A DNA stretch of 64,000 nt from a virus, in IMG/VR virus record IMGVR_UViG_3300045988_170943, positions 356,241 through 420,240 of that record; one strand, 5' to 3'. The notes beneath the pieces were generated by a model. The model searched no databases. It saw only the letters and a program-made list of their open reading frames with translations, and had not been told where the DNA came from. How positions within the stretch are numbered: position 1 is the first letter of the stretch; each line of letters begins with the position of its first letter. A program made the translations under genes and the position numbers. Positions 1 through 9,208 of this stretch are shown piece after piece.

Positions 1-191
1 ATAAGCGCCACTTGATGCAGTGTTGACACAGCGGCCGCGCCTGTCATATACTGTAGGTGAGTAAGGGGCCGGTAAGGACACAGTTACGATTGAACCTTTC
101 AGGTCGCCTCCCACTGTGTGACACTTGATGCCATTAAGTGTCACCAAACCTCTTGTGGATGACACTTAAACACTTAAGGTGCCACCACGTT

Positions 192-266
192 GCCCGGCTA
201 GTTTAGTGGTCAAAACGCTTCCTCGGTAAGGAAGAGATGCCAGTTCGATTCTGGTGCTGGGCTCCA
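192..266 (+). tRNA. tRNA-Thr (anticodon GGU), CCA encoded
   Basis: Cloverleaf folded by hand: acceptor 192-198 pairs with 256-262, D stem gttt/aaac, anticodon stem cttcc/ggaag with loop tcGGTaa, T loop ttcgatt, discriminator plus CCA at 263-266. Confidence 0.75.
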
Positions 267-356
267 GTATCTCACCCCCATACACACCCCTGGCCCGCGC
301 GGTCTCATGCCACCTCTTTCCGGGGTAGCAGGCTTTGTGTGGGGTAAAGGTACGCT

Positions 357-432
357 GCCGGATTAGTTCAACTGGCTAGAACGGTCGTCTCGTAAGCGAC
401 AGGAGCGGGTTCGAGTCCCACATTCGGCTCCA
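357..432 (+). tRNA. tRNA-Thr (anticodon CGU), CCA encoded
   Basis: Acceptor gccggat pairs with attcggc, D stem gttc/gaac, anticodon stem gtcgt/gcgac with loop ctCGTaa, T arm gcggg-ttcgagt-cccac (one mismatch), CCA at 430-432. Confidence 0.65.
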
Positions 433-591
433 CATTGTTCTCCCGGCCTCTTCATTGTGGAAGGGCCGGTTTTGTTGTTTCTTGTATTCTCGTGGGCGAC
501 ATCGGGTTGCTGTTACTGTCTTGCCCGACCTAGCGAAAGTATCGTGTAGAGGCGTCTTGGGCGCTTAGGTCTTTGCCTGTCTGCTATTCCA

Positions 592-1407
592 GTGCGTAAA
601 GCAAGCATGTGGACAGATGGGACACGCCTAGTTATGGATACTGTGAAGCCGGTCAGTTACAACGTGACCACCCCAGACAGGTGTGATCTACCGGCATGGT
701 ACCTGCCACTGATGCCATACGCTCTGAAGGCGTGTTTTGTTGTATCCAAGCATGAGGACGTAGACTCGTCGTTCTACTATGTGACAGCACCCGACAGGAA
801 CCTCTGGGATCCGGTGTTCTCCACCCTCACTGAGACTGTGGACTTCCTGAGACGTTACGACACTGGCTTCTACCTGGACAACTCCTGTGGCAGAAGGGAA
901 CAGGGGACCTTCCTGGACTGGTCGGATTATGGGCGCATCCAGGCTGTTCGCCACCGCACCGCATGGTTCACGCAACGTATTGCCTGCCAGTACGTTATCA
1001 ACCCGGAGGACTATCGGGCGTCCAGTGACTTTGTAAGGAATCACCCAGCCTTATGGAGGCTGCGGGCACCATCCACAAGGATCAACACGGTCTCGGCTGT
1101 CTCACTCCCCACCGCTGACCCAATCCTCATCCATGAGACCAACGACGGGCTTCATACTGCGGGTATTACTGAGTTGGCTGCACTGGAGTCGGCGGTGATG
1201 CTGGGTAGTGGCCTGTGTGCCAGTGACATACCATCTGGGGTAGGTGTTACCGCTGAGGATGCTGTGACAGGTCTAGCGGCAAACATGGCGGCCGTGTTCG
1301 ACCATGAGGGTAACCTACAGAATGTAGTAGAGGCTCGACCTGTCCACCCCTCTGCTGCCAGCGGTTTGATGTCAGGATCACGCACAAGGCGACATCAAGT
1401 CGGGTAG
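592..1407 (+). CDS. hypothetical protein (271 aa, GTG start)
   Basis: Long ORF with diverse composition. No recognisable motifs. Confidence 0.5.
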   Translation: MRKASMWTDGTRLVMDTVKPVSYNVTTPDRCDLPAWYLPLMPYALKACFVVSKHEDVDSSFYYVTAPDRNLWDPVFSTLTETVDFLRRYDTGFYLDNSCGRREQGTFLDWSDYGRIQAVRHRTAWFTQRIACQYVINPEDYRASSDFVRNHPALWRLRAPSTRINTVSAVSLPTADPILIHETNDGLHTAGITELAALESAVMLGSGLCASDIPSGVGVTAEDAVTGLAANMAAVFDHEGNLQNVVEARPVHPSAASGLMSGSRTRRHQVG

Positions 1408-1448
1408 CGGGCGGGCGGTAACAGGAACAAACAAGGTAAGGGGCACAA

Positions 1449-1916
1449 GTGGACGCCAGAAGAAACGGGGTTATCACCTGGGACCAGATGTTCATGAGGT
1501 TCGCTCAGGTCGCTGCGCTGCGATCCAAAGACCCTAGCACACAGGTAGGTGCCTGTATCGCATCGCCCGATAACCGGGTTCTGTCCATCGGATACAACGG
1601 GGCACCAGCCGGGTTCGACGACGAGGACTTCCCCTGGGGTAGAGATGCGGAGGACCCCATGTGCACAAAGTACCCGTATGTGGTTCACGCTGAGGCTAAC
1701 GCCATCCTGAACTTCCGTGGGGCCAGGAGTGAGATTGCTGGTTCTCGACTCTATGTGACTCACTTCTGCTGCAACGAGTGCGCGAAGATGATCGCTCAGA
1801 CGGACATTAGTGAGGTCATCTACCTGCACGATCATGCCATGTCGAATGGTCTCACCCCGGCGACACTCACGATCTTCAAGCGCAAAGGTGTCCAGTACAG
1901 GCAGATGCAGTCATAG
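1449..1916 (+). CDS. dCMP/cytidine deaminase (zinc-dependent CDA fold)
   Basis: HAEANA...CNECAKMI zinc-binding motifs (H-x-E and PC-x-x-C type) typical of dCMP deaminase. GTG start preceded by aaggtaagggg. Confidence 0.8.
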   Translation: MDARRNGVITWDQMFMRFAQVAALRSKDPSTQVGACIASPDNRVLSIGYNGAPAGFDDEDFPWGRDAEDPMCTKYPYVVHAEANAILNFRGARSEIAGSRLYVTHFCCNECAKMIAQTDISEVIYLHDHAMSNGLTPATLTIFKRKGVQYRQMQS

Positions 1917-2127
1917 TTGAGACCATGCGGCAGGGTGGCTGCTGGGGCTCGGTATCTTCACTGGTGGGGTTGCATTCAGGGTGTCGAGCCGACTTATGTG
2001 ACAATAGTCACCTCAAGGGCAAGTTGACGCCCTAACGCCCCGCATGGTAGGATGTAGCCACAACGTTGAGAACAGGGTTCTGGCACACTCAGGGCGCTGG
2101 GTGATATTCCTGCCTCAACTGAATAAT

Positions 2128-2212
2128 GGATGGTTGCCCGAGCGGCCAAAGGGGACAGCCTTGAAAACTGTAGTGCTGAAAGGCACCGGGGGTTCGAATC
2201 CCTCACCATCCG
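2128..2212 (+). tRNA. tRNA-Ser (anticodon UGA), type II with long variable arm
   Basis: Acceptor ggatggt/accatcc, 3-bp D stem, anticodon loop cttgaaa (one mismatch in stem), long variable arm gtgc-tgaaag-gcac, T arm ggggg-ttcgaat-ccctc. Confidence 0.7.
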
Positions 2213-2265
2213 CGACCAGGTGAACCCCCACGGACGGGTTTGAGCCGGTGTCACAACCAAATATG

Positions 2266-2338
2266 CCGTTTTAGTTCAATTGGTAGAACGCCTGTCTTGT
2301 AAACAGGAGGTCATCGGTTCGATCCCGATAAGCGGCTC
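2266..2338 (+). tRNA. tRNA-Thr (anticodon UGU)
   Basis: Acceptor gccgttt/aagcggc, D stem gttc/gaac, anticodon stem cctgt/acagg with loop ctTGTaa, T arm atcgg-ttcgatc-ccgat. Confidence 0.85.
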
Positions 2339-2339
2339 T

Positions 2340-2395
2340 AGGGCGCACGCTCTCTTTCCTTCCTTATAGTGTGCGCCCGCCCCCCTTTTTTGGTG
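2340..2395 (+). terminator. rho-independent terminator after the tRNA cluster
   Basis: Stem gggcgcac...gtgcgccc followed by gcccccctttttt. Confidence 0.6.
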
Positions 2396-2575
2396 TTTCC
2401 CCTGGTGTTAAAAGGTGGATAGACTCCCTGCACCCATAACCACCCACACCATATTATGTGTGATTGTTTTCTCAGTATGGTGCGAGAGTGGAAAAGACAA
2501 CAGGGTCTTCCTTGTTGGATAAACTAGGTAGCAGCAAATGTCATCTACCACAGAAATCCACTAGAGGAGAAACAC

Positions 2576-3115
2576 ATGGCGTCAGATCAGAGCCGCAAGG
2601 TTGAAGAGTTCTACAGGGCGTTCCAGCAGGAGCGGTACCTGCCTGACCCTGAAAGCAAGCCGTCACTAGAAGTCATGGGTGATAGTCGAGTTGACCTTAG
2701 GATGAGCCTGATCGTTGAGGAGTTCTGCGAGTTGATTGCAGCAGTCTACAACGAGAAGGCTGCACAGGAGATGGAGAACACCTGGTGGAACCTTTTCGAC
2801 GATCATGTCATCACTGAGGAGAACCGCAACTATAATGTGGTTGCTGCCGCAGACGCCACCGGGGACCTCCGTTACGTCATTGAAGGGCTGGACCTGGAGG
2901 CCAATATTCCCTCCGAGGCTATCTTCAATGAGATCCATGTCTCCAACATGTCTAAACTTGATGACGAAGGTAACCCGGTCATCTCGGACGGCACAAACAA
3001 ACCCAAGGGGAAGATCCTCAAGGGTGACAACTACTTCGCGCCAGACCTCAAAGCCATCATCGAAGGTCGTACCCCAGACCGCACCCCAGTAAAGTCCAAG
3101 AAGGAGAACGCATGA
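2576..3115 (+). CDS. MazG-like all-alpha NTP pyrophosphohydrolase
   Basis: Helical protein with EExxE-type acidic motifs (LIVEEFCELIAAV) and a HVSNMSKL segment resembling MazG/HisE-like NTP-PPase. RBS aggaga. Confidence 0.5.
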   Translation: MASDQSRKVEEFYRAFQQERYLPDPESKPSLEVMGDSRVDLRMSLIVEEFCELIAAVYNEKAAQEMENTWWNLFDDHVITEENRNYNVVAAADATGDLRYVIEGLDLEANIPSEAIFNEIHVSNMSKLDDEGNPVISDGTNKPKGKILKGDNYFAPDLKAIIEGRTPDRTPVKSKKENA

Positions 3116-3870
3116 GACTAGCCAGGAGCCATGGAACAAGGGTAAGAAAGACGATCCTTACTGCCGCACTAGGCGTCCTCGTCGCTGGTCTCCTGTCCAG
3201 TTGCGGTGGGGCATCCAAGACTAACCCATCATCCACAGTCAGTGCGGGGGTAAACGCCACCGCCATCGCAACCACAGGTTCAGGTGCACAGGCCCCAGGC
3301 GCGGTAAAGAACGACACCACTGGTGCGGCCCAGTTCGCCAAGTCCTACTATGAGGCATGGTTCACGTCCAGCAGTGACAGCACCTACAGTGAACTCAGCA
3401 ACGCCCTGAACGAGGCCACCAAGGACATTGACCGAAACAAGGTCGTCCAGGATGACCCCATGAGCGTGTTCAACGCCATGACCGAGGCGCAGCAGAAGAG
3501 CATCGCTGAGAAAACCACCCAGATCAACCCCATGTCCGACTACTACGACACTACGGGCATGACCGATGCCGAGATCGCCATCCTCAACGTCATCGCCACC
3601 GGATTCTCCTCCGGCTACCACACGGACCAGAAGGTTACTGTGGCCGTCAATAAGGACAAGGTGACAGTAGACGGTAGCACCGGATCGGTCCCCTACACTG
3701 CTCTCACTGTGACCGTTGGAGACAAGAGCAACACGCCTACCGGCACCGACTTCACTCTGCCCCTGATCTACAAGGATGGCAAGTGGAAGGTTGACGGGAA
3801 GAAGTTCAGCGCCATGGTGATCAGCAACTACAACACCCACCAGTCCGCAACCGCCACACCAACACCATAA
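3112..3870 (+). CDS. secreted lipoprotein
   Basis: Signal peptide with lipobox LLSSC after a basic N-terminus, then Thr/Ser-rich mature part. Confidence 0.7.
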   Translation: MRLARSHGTRVRKTILTAALGVLVAGLLSSCGGASKTNPSSTVSAGVNATAIATTGSGAQAPGAVKNDTTGAAQFAKSYYEAWFTSSSDSTYSELSNALNEATKDIDRNKVVQDDPMSVFNAMTEAQQKSIAEKTTQINPMSDYYDTTGMTDAEIAILNVIATGFSSGYHTDQKVTVAVNKDKVTVDGSTGSVPYTALTVTVGDKSNTPTGTDFTLPLIYKDGKWKVDGKKFSAMVISNYNTHQSATATPTP

Positions 3871-3908
3871 CAAACAGTCAGGTAGGTGTGACACTATTCA
3901 CACAATAC

Positions 3909-3952
3909 GGCCCCTCCCAGGAGTTGACATTCGGGAGGGGCTGTTGATATAT
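3909..3952 (+). terminator. rho-independent terminator
   Basis: Stem gcccctccc...gggaggggc followed by tgttgatatatt. Confidence 0.6.
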
Positions 3953-4317
3953 TAGAGTCACGCCTTGGGGCAGACAGGTATTCGACATGCGATGCTTGCT
4001 TGTGTTGAGTGCGAGCCACCCTTGAACCATGGGTGTCAAACAGGTTCAAACCAACAGTTGCCAACTCTGACAACTTCGCTCTCGCCGCCTGAGAGCCGCC
4101 TGAATCCCACAAGGTAAGGCCCTGCCGGGACTCAATTCAGGTGTTATCGCTAGGGGCTATGGTCAAGCGCCTGTCACCTGGGTGCGGGCCGAGAAACTAA
4201 ACAGGTGACAACCAGGGTTGTGGTAGTCATGCAGGACCATTCCAAACCTTACATGGTTGTAAAACACTAACGGATCCTGCTACGCTCGTAGAACTTAAAA
4301 CAGGCACATTCTTGGAC

Positions 4318-4342
4318 GAGGGTTCGATTCCCTCCTGCTCCA
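4318..4342 (+). other. orphan tRNA 3' half (T arm gaggg-ttcgatt-ccctc plus 7-nt acceptor strand)
   Basis: Canonical T stem-loop followed by ctgctcc+a, but no matching 5' acceptor, D arm or anticodon arm upstream. Confidence 0.4.
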
Positions 4343-4350
4343 CTATCCAA

Positions 4351-4392
4351 CCGGGGTGCCGCCAGTGAGTGATGAAACTGGCGGCACCCCGG
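4351..4392. repeat. perfect 15-bp-stem hairpin (ccggggtgccgccag / ctggcggcaccccgg)
   Basis: Seen directly. 12-nt loop, no U tract after it. Confidence 0.8.
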
Positions 4393-4549
4393 CTTCCTGC
4401 ATATGCTCATGCCAATACCACATTAGGTGGCTACCCCTATCCCAGTGTGTCCATACGTTCTATCTCCTGTAGCAGTCGATACACTATGAGGTAGCACCTG
4501 CCATAACCGATGCGGTACCCCATCACGGCGCCCTACCCTGAGGAGAATC

Positions 4550-5740
4550 ATGCTTGACAAAATAAGAGAGACGGAGTTCTACCAGGAACTTGCAACCGTC
4601 ATGAAGACTAACAGCACAATGCTGACTGGTTTCGCCGCGATCCTCATCATGGTGTCAGGGGTCTCTGTCGTTGACCACACTGAACGCTGGTGGGTACCTG
4701 TCGTATCCTTAACCGTATTCAGTCTCGTGGTGTTCCTGTTCATGAACTTCAGGGTCATCATCAAGGCTATCGGGTCTACTGTCGCCACAGTTATGCTGTC
4801 GTCGTTCGCTTTCACAGGCGGGTCGCTGGCAGACCGCTTCGGACTGGGAGGGCTCGTCTGGGTTGGGATGATCTGGGCGTTGTTCTTCGGCACCCTGGCG
4901 TGGTCTTACGGGTTTCAGTCAGGCAGGTCCAGGTGGGCACCCATCATGCTGGCCCAGTTCGTGTCCTTCTCCGCCACCTACACCCTGATCATGGGGTCTA
5001 TACCTGTCGCATGGTCCGCCCTGGCTGGTACGACCCTGGGGTTTGTGACGTTCATCGTTGGGTATACGGTGTTCGGTAGGACCAGGTTCCGAGCGAAGAG
5101 CACTCCAGTCAACTTCCTGGACGACGAACTGGCGGCCACCATCGTCGAGGGCGCTGAGAACCTTGGCTGGGAGGCCACACCCATGCCAGGTAAGAGCGAC
5201 ACTGGGTCTGTGCTTGTGTGGAACGATGAACGCGCATACCTGCTGCACCCTATCAAGATGACGACACCATTCGGCACCATCGGCAAAAGAAGCCAGTCCC
5301 TTTCATACCGGCGTAAAAGTATCACCCCATGGTTGAACCACCTGATCTACCACCGGATCCCGTTGTGGAGGTCCAGGGGCGCTGACATCACGCTCGTGCT
5401 AGTGGACCTGAACCGCCGCAACAGTGAATCCATGAAGGTGATTGCCCAGCCTGTGCCTGACTCTAACCGGTTCGTGCCTGTGTGTGTGGCACCGATCAGC
5501 AGAAAACGTAGCCCCCAGAAGGTTGAACGTATGCTGAAGGACGTGGATTCAACCATGGGGCCCATGAAACGGCACCTAACAGGGAAGCAACTTAAGGCCC
5601 TCGCTGGCATCGGAGCCAAAGATGCCCCAACTGACGAGGCAGACGATGCTGACGAGGAGACCACATCCATCACCAACACGACTAGCAGCGAAGACGACAC
5701 CGGAACCATCGAACACTCGCTGACTAGGTTGGGGTCCTAG
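4550..5740 (+). CDS. integral membrane protein, hypothetical
   Basis: About 5 hydrophobic helices in the N-terminal 180 aa, then a soluble C-terminal domain with an acidic tail. Confidence 0.6.
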   Translation: MLDKIRETEFYQELATVMKTNSTMLTGFAAILIMVSGVSVVDHTERWWVPVVSLTVFSLVVFLFMNFRVIIKAIGSTVATVMLSSFAFTGGSLADRFGLGGLVWVGMIWALFFGTLAWSYGFQSGRSRWAPIMLAQFVSFSATYTLIMGSIPVAWSALAGTTLGFVTFIVGYTVFGRTRFRAKSTPVNFLDDELAATIVEGAENLGWEATPMPGKSDTGSVLVWNDERAYLLHPIKMTTPFGTIGKRSQSLSYRRKSITPWLNHLIYHRIPLWRSRGADITLVLVDLNRRNSESMKVIAQPVPDSNRFVPVCVAPISRKRSPQKVERMLKDVDSTMGPMKRHLTGKQLKALAGIGAKDAPTDEADDADEETTSITNTTSSEDDTGTIEHSLTRLGS

Positions 5741-5860
5741 CGCACCCCAAAAGAACGCAAGTAGATGCCCATAGTGTCCCTGGCCTGGAGGTAGAATCCG
5801 CCCCAGGGCAACCCGACCCAGGTACCCCAATAGTCAAAACACAACAGCAGTGAGGTAGCC

Positions 5861-7357
5861 ATGCCAGCAGTCAAGGATCAGTTCGTCTCCCTGCACATGC
5901 ACTCCGACTACTCCCTACTGGACGGCTACGCCAAGCCAGGAGAGTACATCAACAGGGCTATCGAACTTGGGCAGCCAGCCATTGGGCTCACAGATCACGG
6001 GAACCTTCATGGCATCAAGCAGTTCATTGACCAAACCAGGGACGCTGGCCTCACCCCAGTACCCGGTTCCGAGTTCTACATGGCCCCCATCAGTGATGAC
6101 GGACCATACCCCAAGCATCCTGTCTACTACGGTGAGGGTGGCCGCAAGAACCCTGAGCATGACGTGTCCGCTAACGGGACCTACCTGCACCTAACTGTCT
6201 GGGCTTACAATGACGCCGGTTTGAGTAACCTGAAGCGCCTGTCCACGCTCGCCTATGCCCCAGAACGCTACTACCGGAAACCACGCATCGGGTTTGACGA
6301 CCTGGCGGACCACTCAGACGGACTCATCGTATCCACGGGCTGCCCCTCATCAGAGATCAGCACCAGGTTACTCATGGGACAGGAGCAAGCAGCCTATGAG
6401 TACGCTGGGCGCATGAAGGAAGTGTTCAAGGACCAACTGTTCATGGAGATCATGAACCATAACATGAGCATCGACCTTGAACGCAAACTACTGCCTCAGC
6501 AGATGCGTCTAGCGAAACGACTCAACCTCCCCCTACTGGCAACCAACGACTGCCACTACGCCAACTCCGGGGACGCCCAGGGACACAGTGAGATGCTTTG
6601 CATCCAGTCAAAGTCCCTCATGAGTGACAAGACCTATGATCAGGGCGGTAAACGGTTCGCGTTCAACGGCGACCAGTACTACATGAAGTCCGGGGCACAG
6701 ATGGCGGCACTGTTCCCTGAAGATGACTATCCCGGCGCCCTGTCGAACACGCTACTGATCGCAGAGATGGCCTCAGACATTAGGATGGTGTTCGACCCCC
6801 ACCTGAGGCCCGTCCCGTTTGTCCCTGAGGGCACCACGGTAGAGAAGCATCTCCAGCAGATGATCAACGACGGATACAAGGCCAAGTATGTGAACCGTGA
6901 CTACCCAAGCGTGGAGGAGCGCAAACGTGTCCTGAGTGAAGCAAAACGACGCATTCGTGAAGAGTGGGAGGTCATCTACTCGTCCGCGTTTGACGGGTAC
7001 ATGTTGGTCGTGGAGGACTATCTGAGATATATCCGGGAGAATTACTCGGTGCGAGGCGAGAACGGGGAGATCCTTGCATCTCCGTTGGGGCCGGGCCGCG
7101 GCAGTGTCGGCGGGTGCATCATCGCATACCTGCTGGGCATCTCTGAGATCGACCCTATTGAGTATGATCTCCTGTTCGAGCGTTTCCTGTCTCCTGGGCG
7201 TGGCGCTGTCTGTCGGGTCACTTATGATGACGGCACTACCGAGGACCTTGTGGTGTCCGAAACCAGAACTGTGCTGGGTGATGATGGTCAGGAGGTAGGC
7301 AGATACATTCACCAGATCAACATTGGGGATAAGGTTGTCATTGAAGAGGAGCACTAA
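5861..7357 (+). CDS. dnaE: DNA polymerase III alpha (DnaE)-like N-terminal fragment: PHP domain plus start of palm, ending in a Cys-initiated Hint-like tail. Truncated.
   Basis: HMHSDYSLLDG...LTDHGNLHG PHP motifs, NDCHY, and ERFLSPGRG where the catalytic PDIDIDF should follow. Instead it reads VCRVTYDDGTTEDLVV...GDKVV and stops. Only 498 aa against about 1100 expected. Confidence 0.75.
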   Translation: MPAVKDQFVSLHMHSDYSLLDGYAKPGEYINRAIELGQPAIGLTDHGNLHGIKQFIDQTRDAGLTPVPGSEFYMAPISDDGPYPKHPVYYGEGGRKNPEHDVSANGTYLHLTVWAYNDAGLSNLKRLSTLAYAPERYYRKPRIGFDDLADHSDGLIVSTGCPSSEISTRLLMGQEQAAYEYAGRMKEVFKDQLFMEIMNHNMSIDLERKLLPQQMRLAKRLNLPLLATNDCHYANSGDAQGHSEMLCIQSKSLMSDKTYDQGGKRFAFNGDQYYMKSGAQMAALFPEDDYPGALSNTLLIAEMASDIRMVFDPHLRPVPFVPEGTTVEKHLQQMINDGYKAKYVNRDYPSVEERKRVLSEAKRRIREEWEVIYSSAFDGYMLVVEDYLRYIRENYSVRGENGEILASPLGPGRGSVGGCIIAYLLGISEIDPIEYDLLFERFLSPGRGAVCRVTYDDGTTEDLVVSETRTVLGDDGQEVGRYIHQINIGDKVVIEEEH

Positions 7358-7467
7358 AACCATCTGAGTACGTATGTGCCACTTCATCTGAACACCTCCC
7401 CCTACCTCCTGGAGCAACCGGACCCGTGACTTCTCACGTGTTATTGTGGTTACCATATAGGGTATGA

Positions 7468-9009
7468 CTATTCCTTAGGATAAACCACATCTACTGTATT
7501 TGCAACAGATAGGTCCCTTGTTGGAATTGTCGTGCCGCTGGTTGTCTGAAACCACTCCCTGTGGTCCACCGCAGAAACCCTAGACTCTGCGGGGCACATC
7601 CTTACACTCACCTCCCTCGACTGAAAAGATGGGCGAGTGTGGGTCTTCTTCTGGTTCTGGGGTGCTTTAGGAGTAGGCCTGTTCTTCGTGCCAGGATGCC
7701 TCAGTGGCTTCACACGGCACTTGGATCTTCTGATGCGCTTGGTCTTTGTGGCGTGCCGTCTCCGTGTCTGGCACGCCTTCTTGACATTCACTCGCTGAGC
7801 GATGTTCGCCGCCGCGTTCAAGTCACGATGATGAGTGATGCCACAGGCCGTACAGCGCGGCTGAGAATAGTCCTGCATGTCCAGGTCAGACTGACACACA
7901 TGACACCTTCGGGATGTGTGCGCGGCGTTGACCTTCAAGACGCGCCCGCCGTCAGCCTCAACCATATCCCGAGTACGCCTGTGGACCTCGCCACGAAACC
8001 AGCGGCCGAACTTCATGGTGTTCTTGATGTGAGACAAGTCCTCAAAGGAGACGATGGCATTGTCATAACGCCAGGCCGCGTCTGTGATCTCCTGAGCAAC
8101 GAGGATGCTCAGTTCCTTACGCCGGTTAGACAAGTGACCCCTGTGTGATGCGGCCTCCTCAGGGCGGTTCTTCCTCTGCAAAGAGGAAACCTGAACCTGA
8201 GCCCTCTTAATCTTATTGTTCAAGGACCTGGCACGCTGCCCTAGAAGAGACTGATCAACAACCTTTCTGCCCTTGGTATCCCAGACGACGTAAGTGGCCG
8301 GGTTAGTCACACCAACATCCACGCCAATAACATAGCGGCTAGAAAACTCGGGACGTCCAGGATTGGTCTTGCCATGAAAGCCAAACATCACGCGATTCTG
8401 ATTATCGACCCATATGTCCGGCACGCCAGTCTCACAACCCTTTTCCAGTAATTGGGGTGGCGTTGGGAAGTGAAGAGTAGTCCATTGGCCTTGAACGACT
8501 AGATCCAGGATGATCTTGTCTTCCTGGACATGAATCCTTCTGTACTGGTTGTTTGTTGCAGAAAGAGAAAGGCGAGGTTGCAGGTCTTTTGGTTTAGAAT
8601 CCTTGACTGTTCTCTTCCACCCGGCCGAAACATAACCATTATGCGTCCCGTTAGTGGCATTGACTCGGGCGGCCCAGGATCTCAGTGTCGAGACCACTCG
8701 CTCACGAAACAGCATCTCCAACCGTGAGGCCCCACTCCTGAACCGATTCTTCACCTCACTGGGAAGAAACAGGCCCATACGCCTACCAGCCTCAGCGGGC
8801 TTGAACCTGTCGAAGTAGGTCACCAGGGCAAGATTCTGCTCAGTCAACTCCCGCAGAGCATACTCGGCAACCAGTTCAGCATCCGCTCTGATGCCGTCCA
8901 GGACCTCATCAAGGTTCAGAGGATCACCAGTCTTACTGAACGCAGCATATGGTGTCCTTGGGTACGTACGCGACACAGTAGTTCTAGACACCTGGTGAGC
9001 CTCCCCCAA
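7468..9009 (-). CDS. tnpB: TnpB (IS605/IS607-family OrfB, RuvC-like, Zn-finger) with no adjacent TnpA
   Basis: GVDVG (RuvC-I), FEDL, and RCHVCQSDLD...CTACGITHHRDLNAAANIA (Zn finger plus RuvC-III). Paralogous to the TnpB at 59837-61411. Confidence 0.8.
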   Translation of the reverse strand: MGEAHQVSRTTVSRTYPRTPYAAFSKTGDPLNLDEVLDGIRADAELVAEYALRELTEQNLALVTYFDRFKPAEAGRRMGLFLPSEVKNRFRSGASRLEMLFRERVVSTLRSWAARVNATNGTHNGYVSAGWKRTVKDSKPKDLQPRLSLSATNNQYRRIHVQEDKIILDLVVQGQWTTLHFPTPPQLLEKGCETGVPDIWVDNQNRVMFGFHGKTNPGRPEFSSRYVIGVDVGVTNPATYVVWDTKGRKVVDQSLLGQRARSLNNKIKRAQVQVSSLQRKNRPEEAASHRGHLSNRRKELSILVAQEITDAAWRYDNAIVSFEDLSHIKNTMKFGRWFRGEVHRRTRDMVEADGGRVLKVNAAHTSRRCHVCQSDLDMQDYSQPRCTACGITHHRDLNAAANIAQRVNVKKACQTRRRHATKTKRIRRSKCRVKPLRHPGTKNRPTPKAPQNQKKTHTRPSFQSREVSVRMCPAESRVSAVDHREWFQTTSGTTIPTRDLSVANTVDVVYPKE

Positions 9010-9208
9010 GAACTTGACTGGTTGATGGTATGCGTGTATTATAGCACAATATTAGTGGAGAATACCAGTAGGAGTAAGGTTAACATAATAATGGTGAACT
9101 ACAGTGGAATAGGCAGATACAGAACCTATGTCGCGCCTCCACACTAAGAGGACAGACTGGGATGACAGCATGTGGTGAAACCTTGTACAGGGTGGACGGA
9201 GAATACGG

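Noticed and set aside
1994-2260. 88-aa minus-strand ORF
   Set aside because: Lies across the tRNA-Ser gene and the intergenic region. No RBS, odd composition.
3894-4112. 72-aa minus-strand ORF in the non-coding region
   Set aside because: No start context. Overlaps the terminator and hairpins.
4262-4342. Full-length fifth tRNA
   Set aside because: Only the T arm and 3' acceptor strand are canonical. No 5' acceptor partner (ggagcag) or D/anticodon arms could be folded, so it is kept as a tRNA 3' fragment.
7219-7357. Treating the DnaE tail as a bona fide complete IntN
   Set aside because: Only 47 aa, no block B (TxxH). Reported as an intein-like or truncated junction, not as a functional split intein half.
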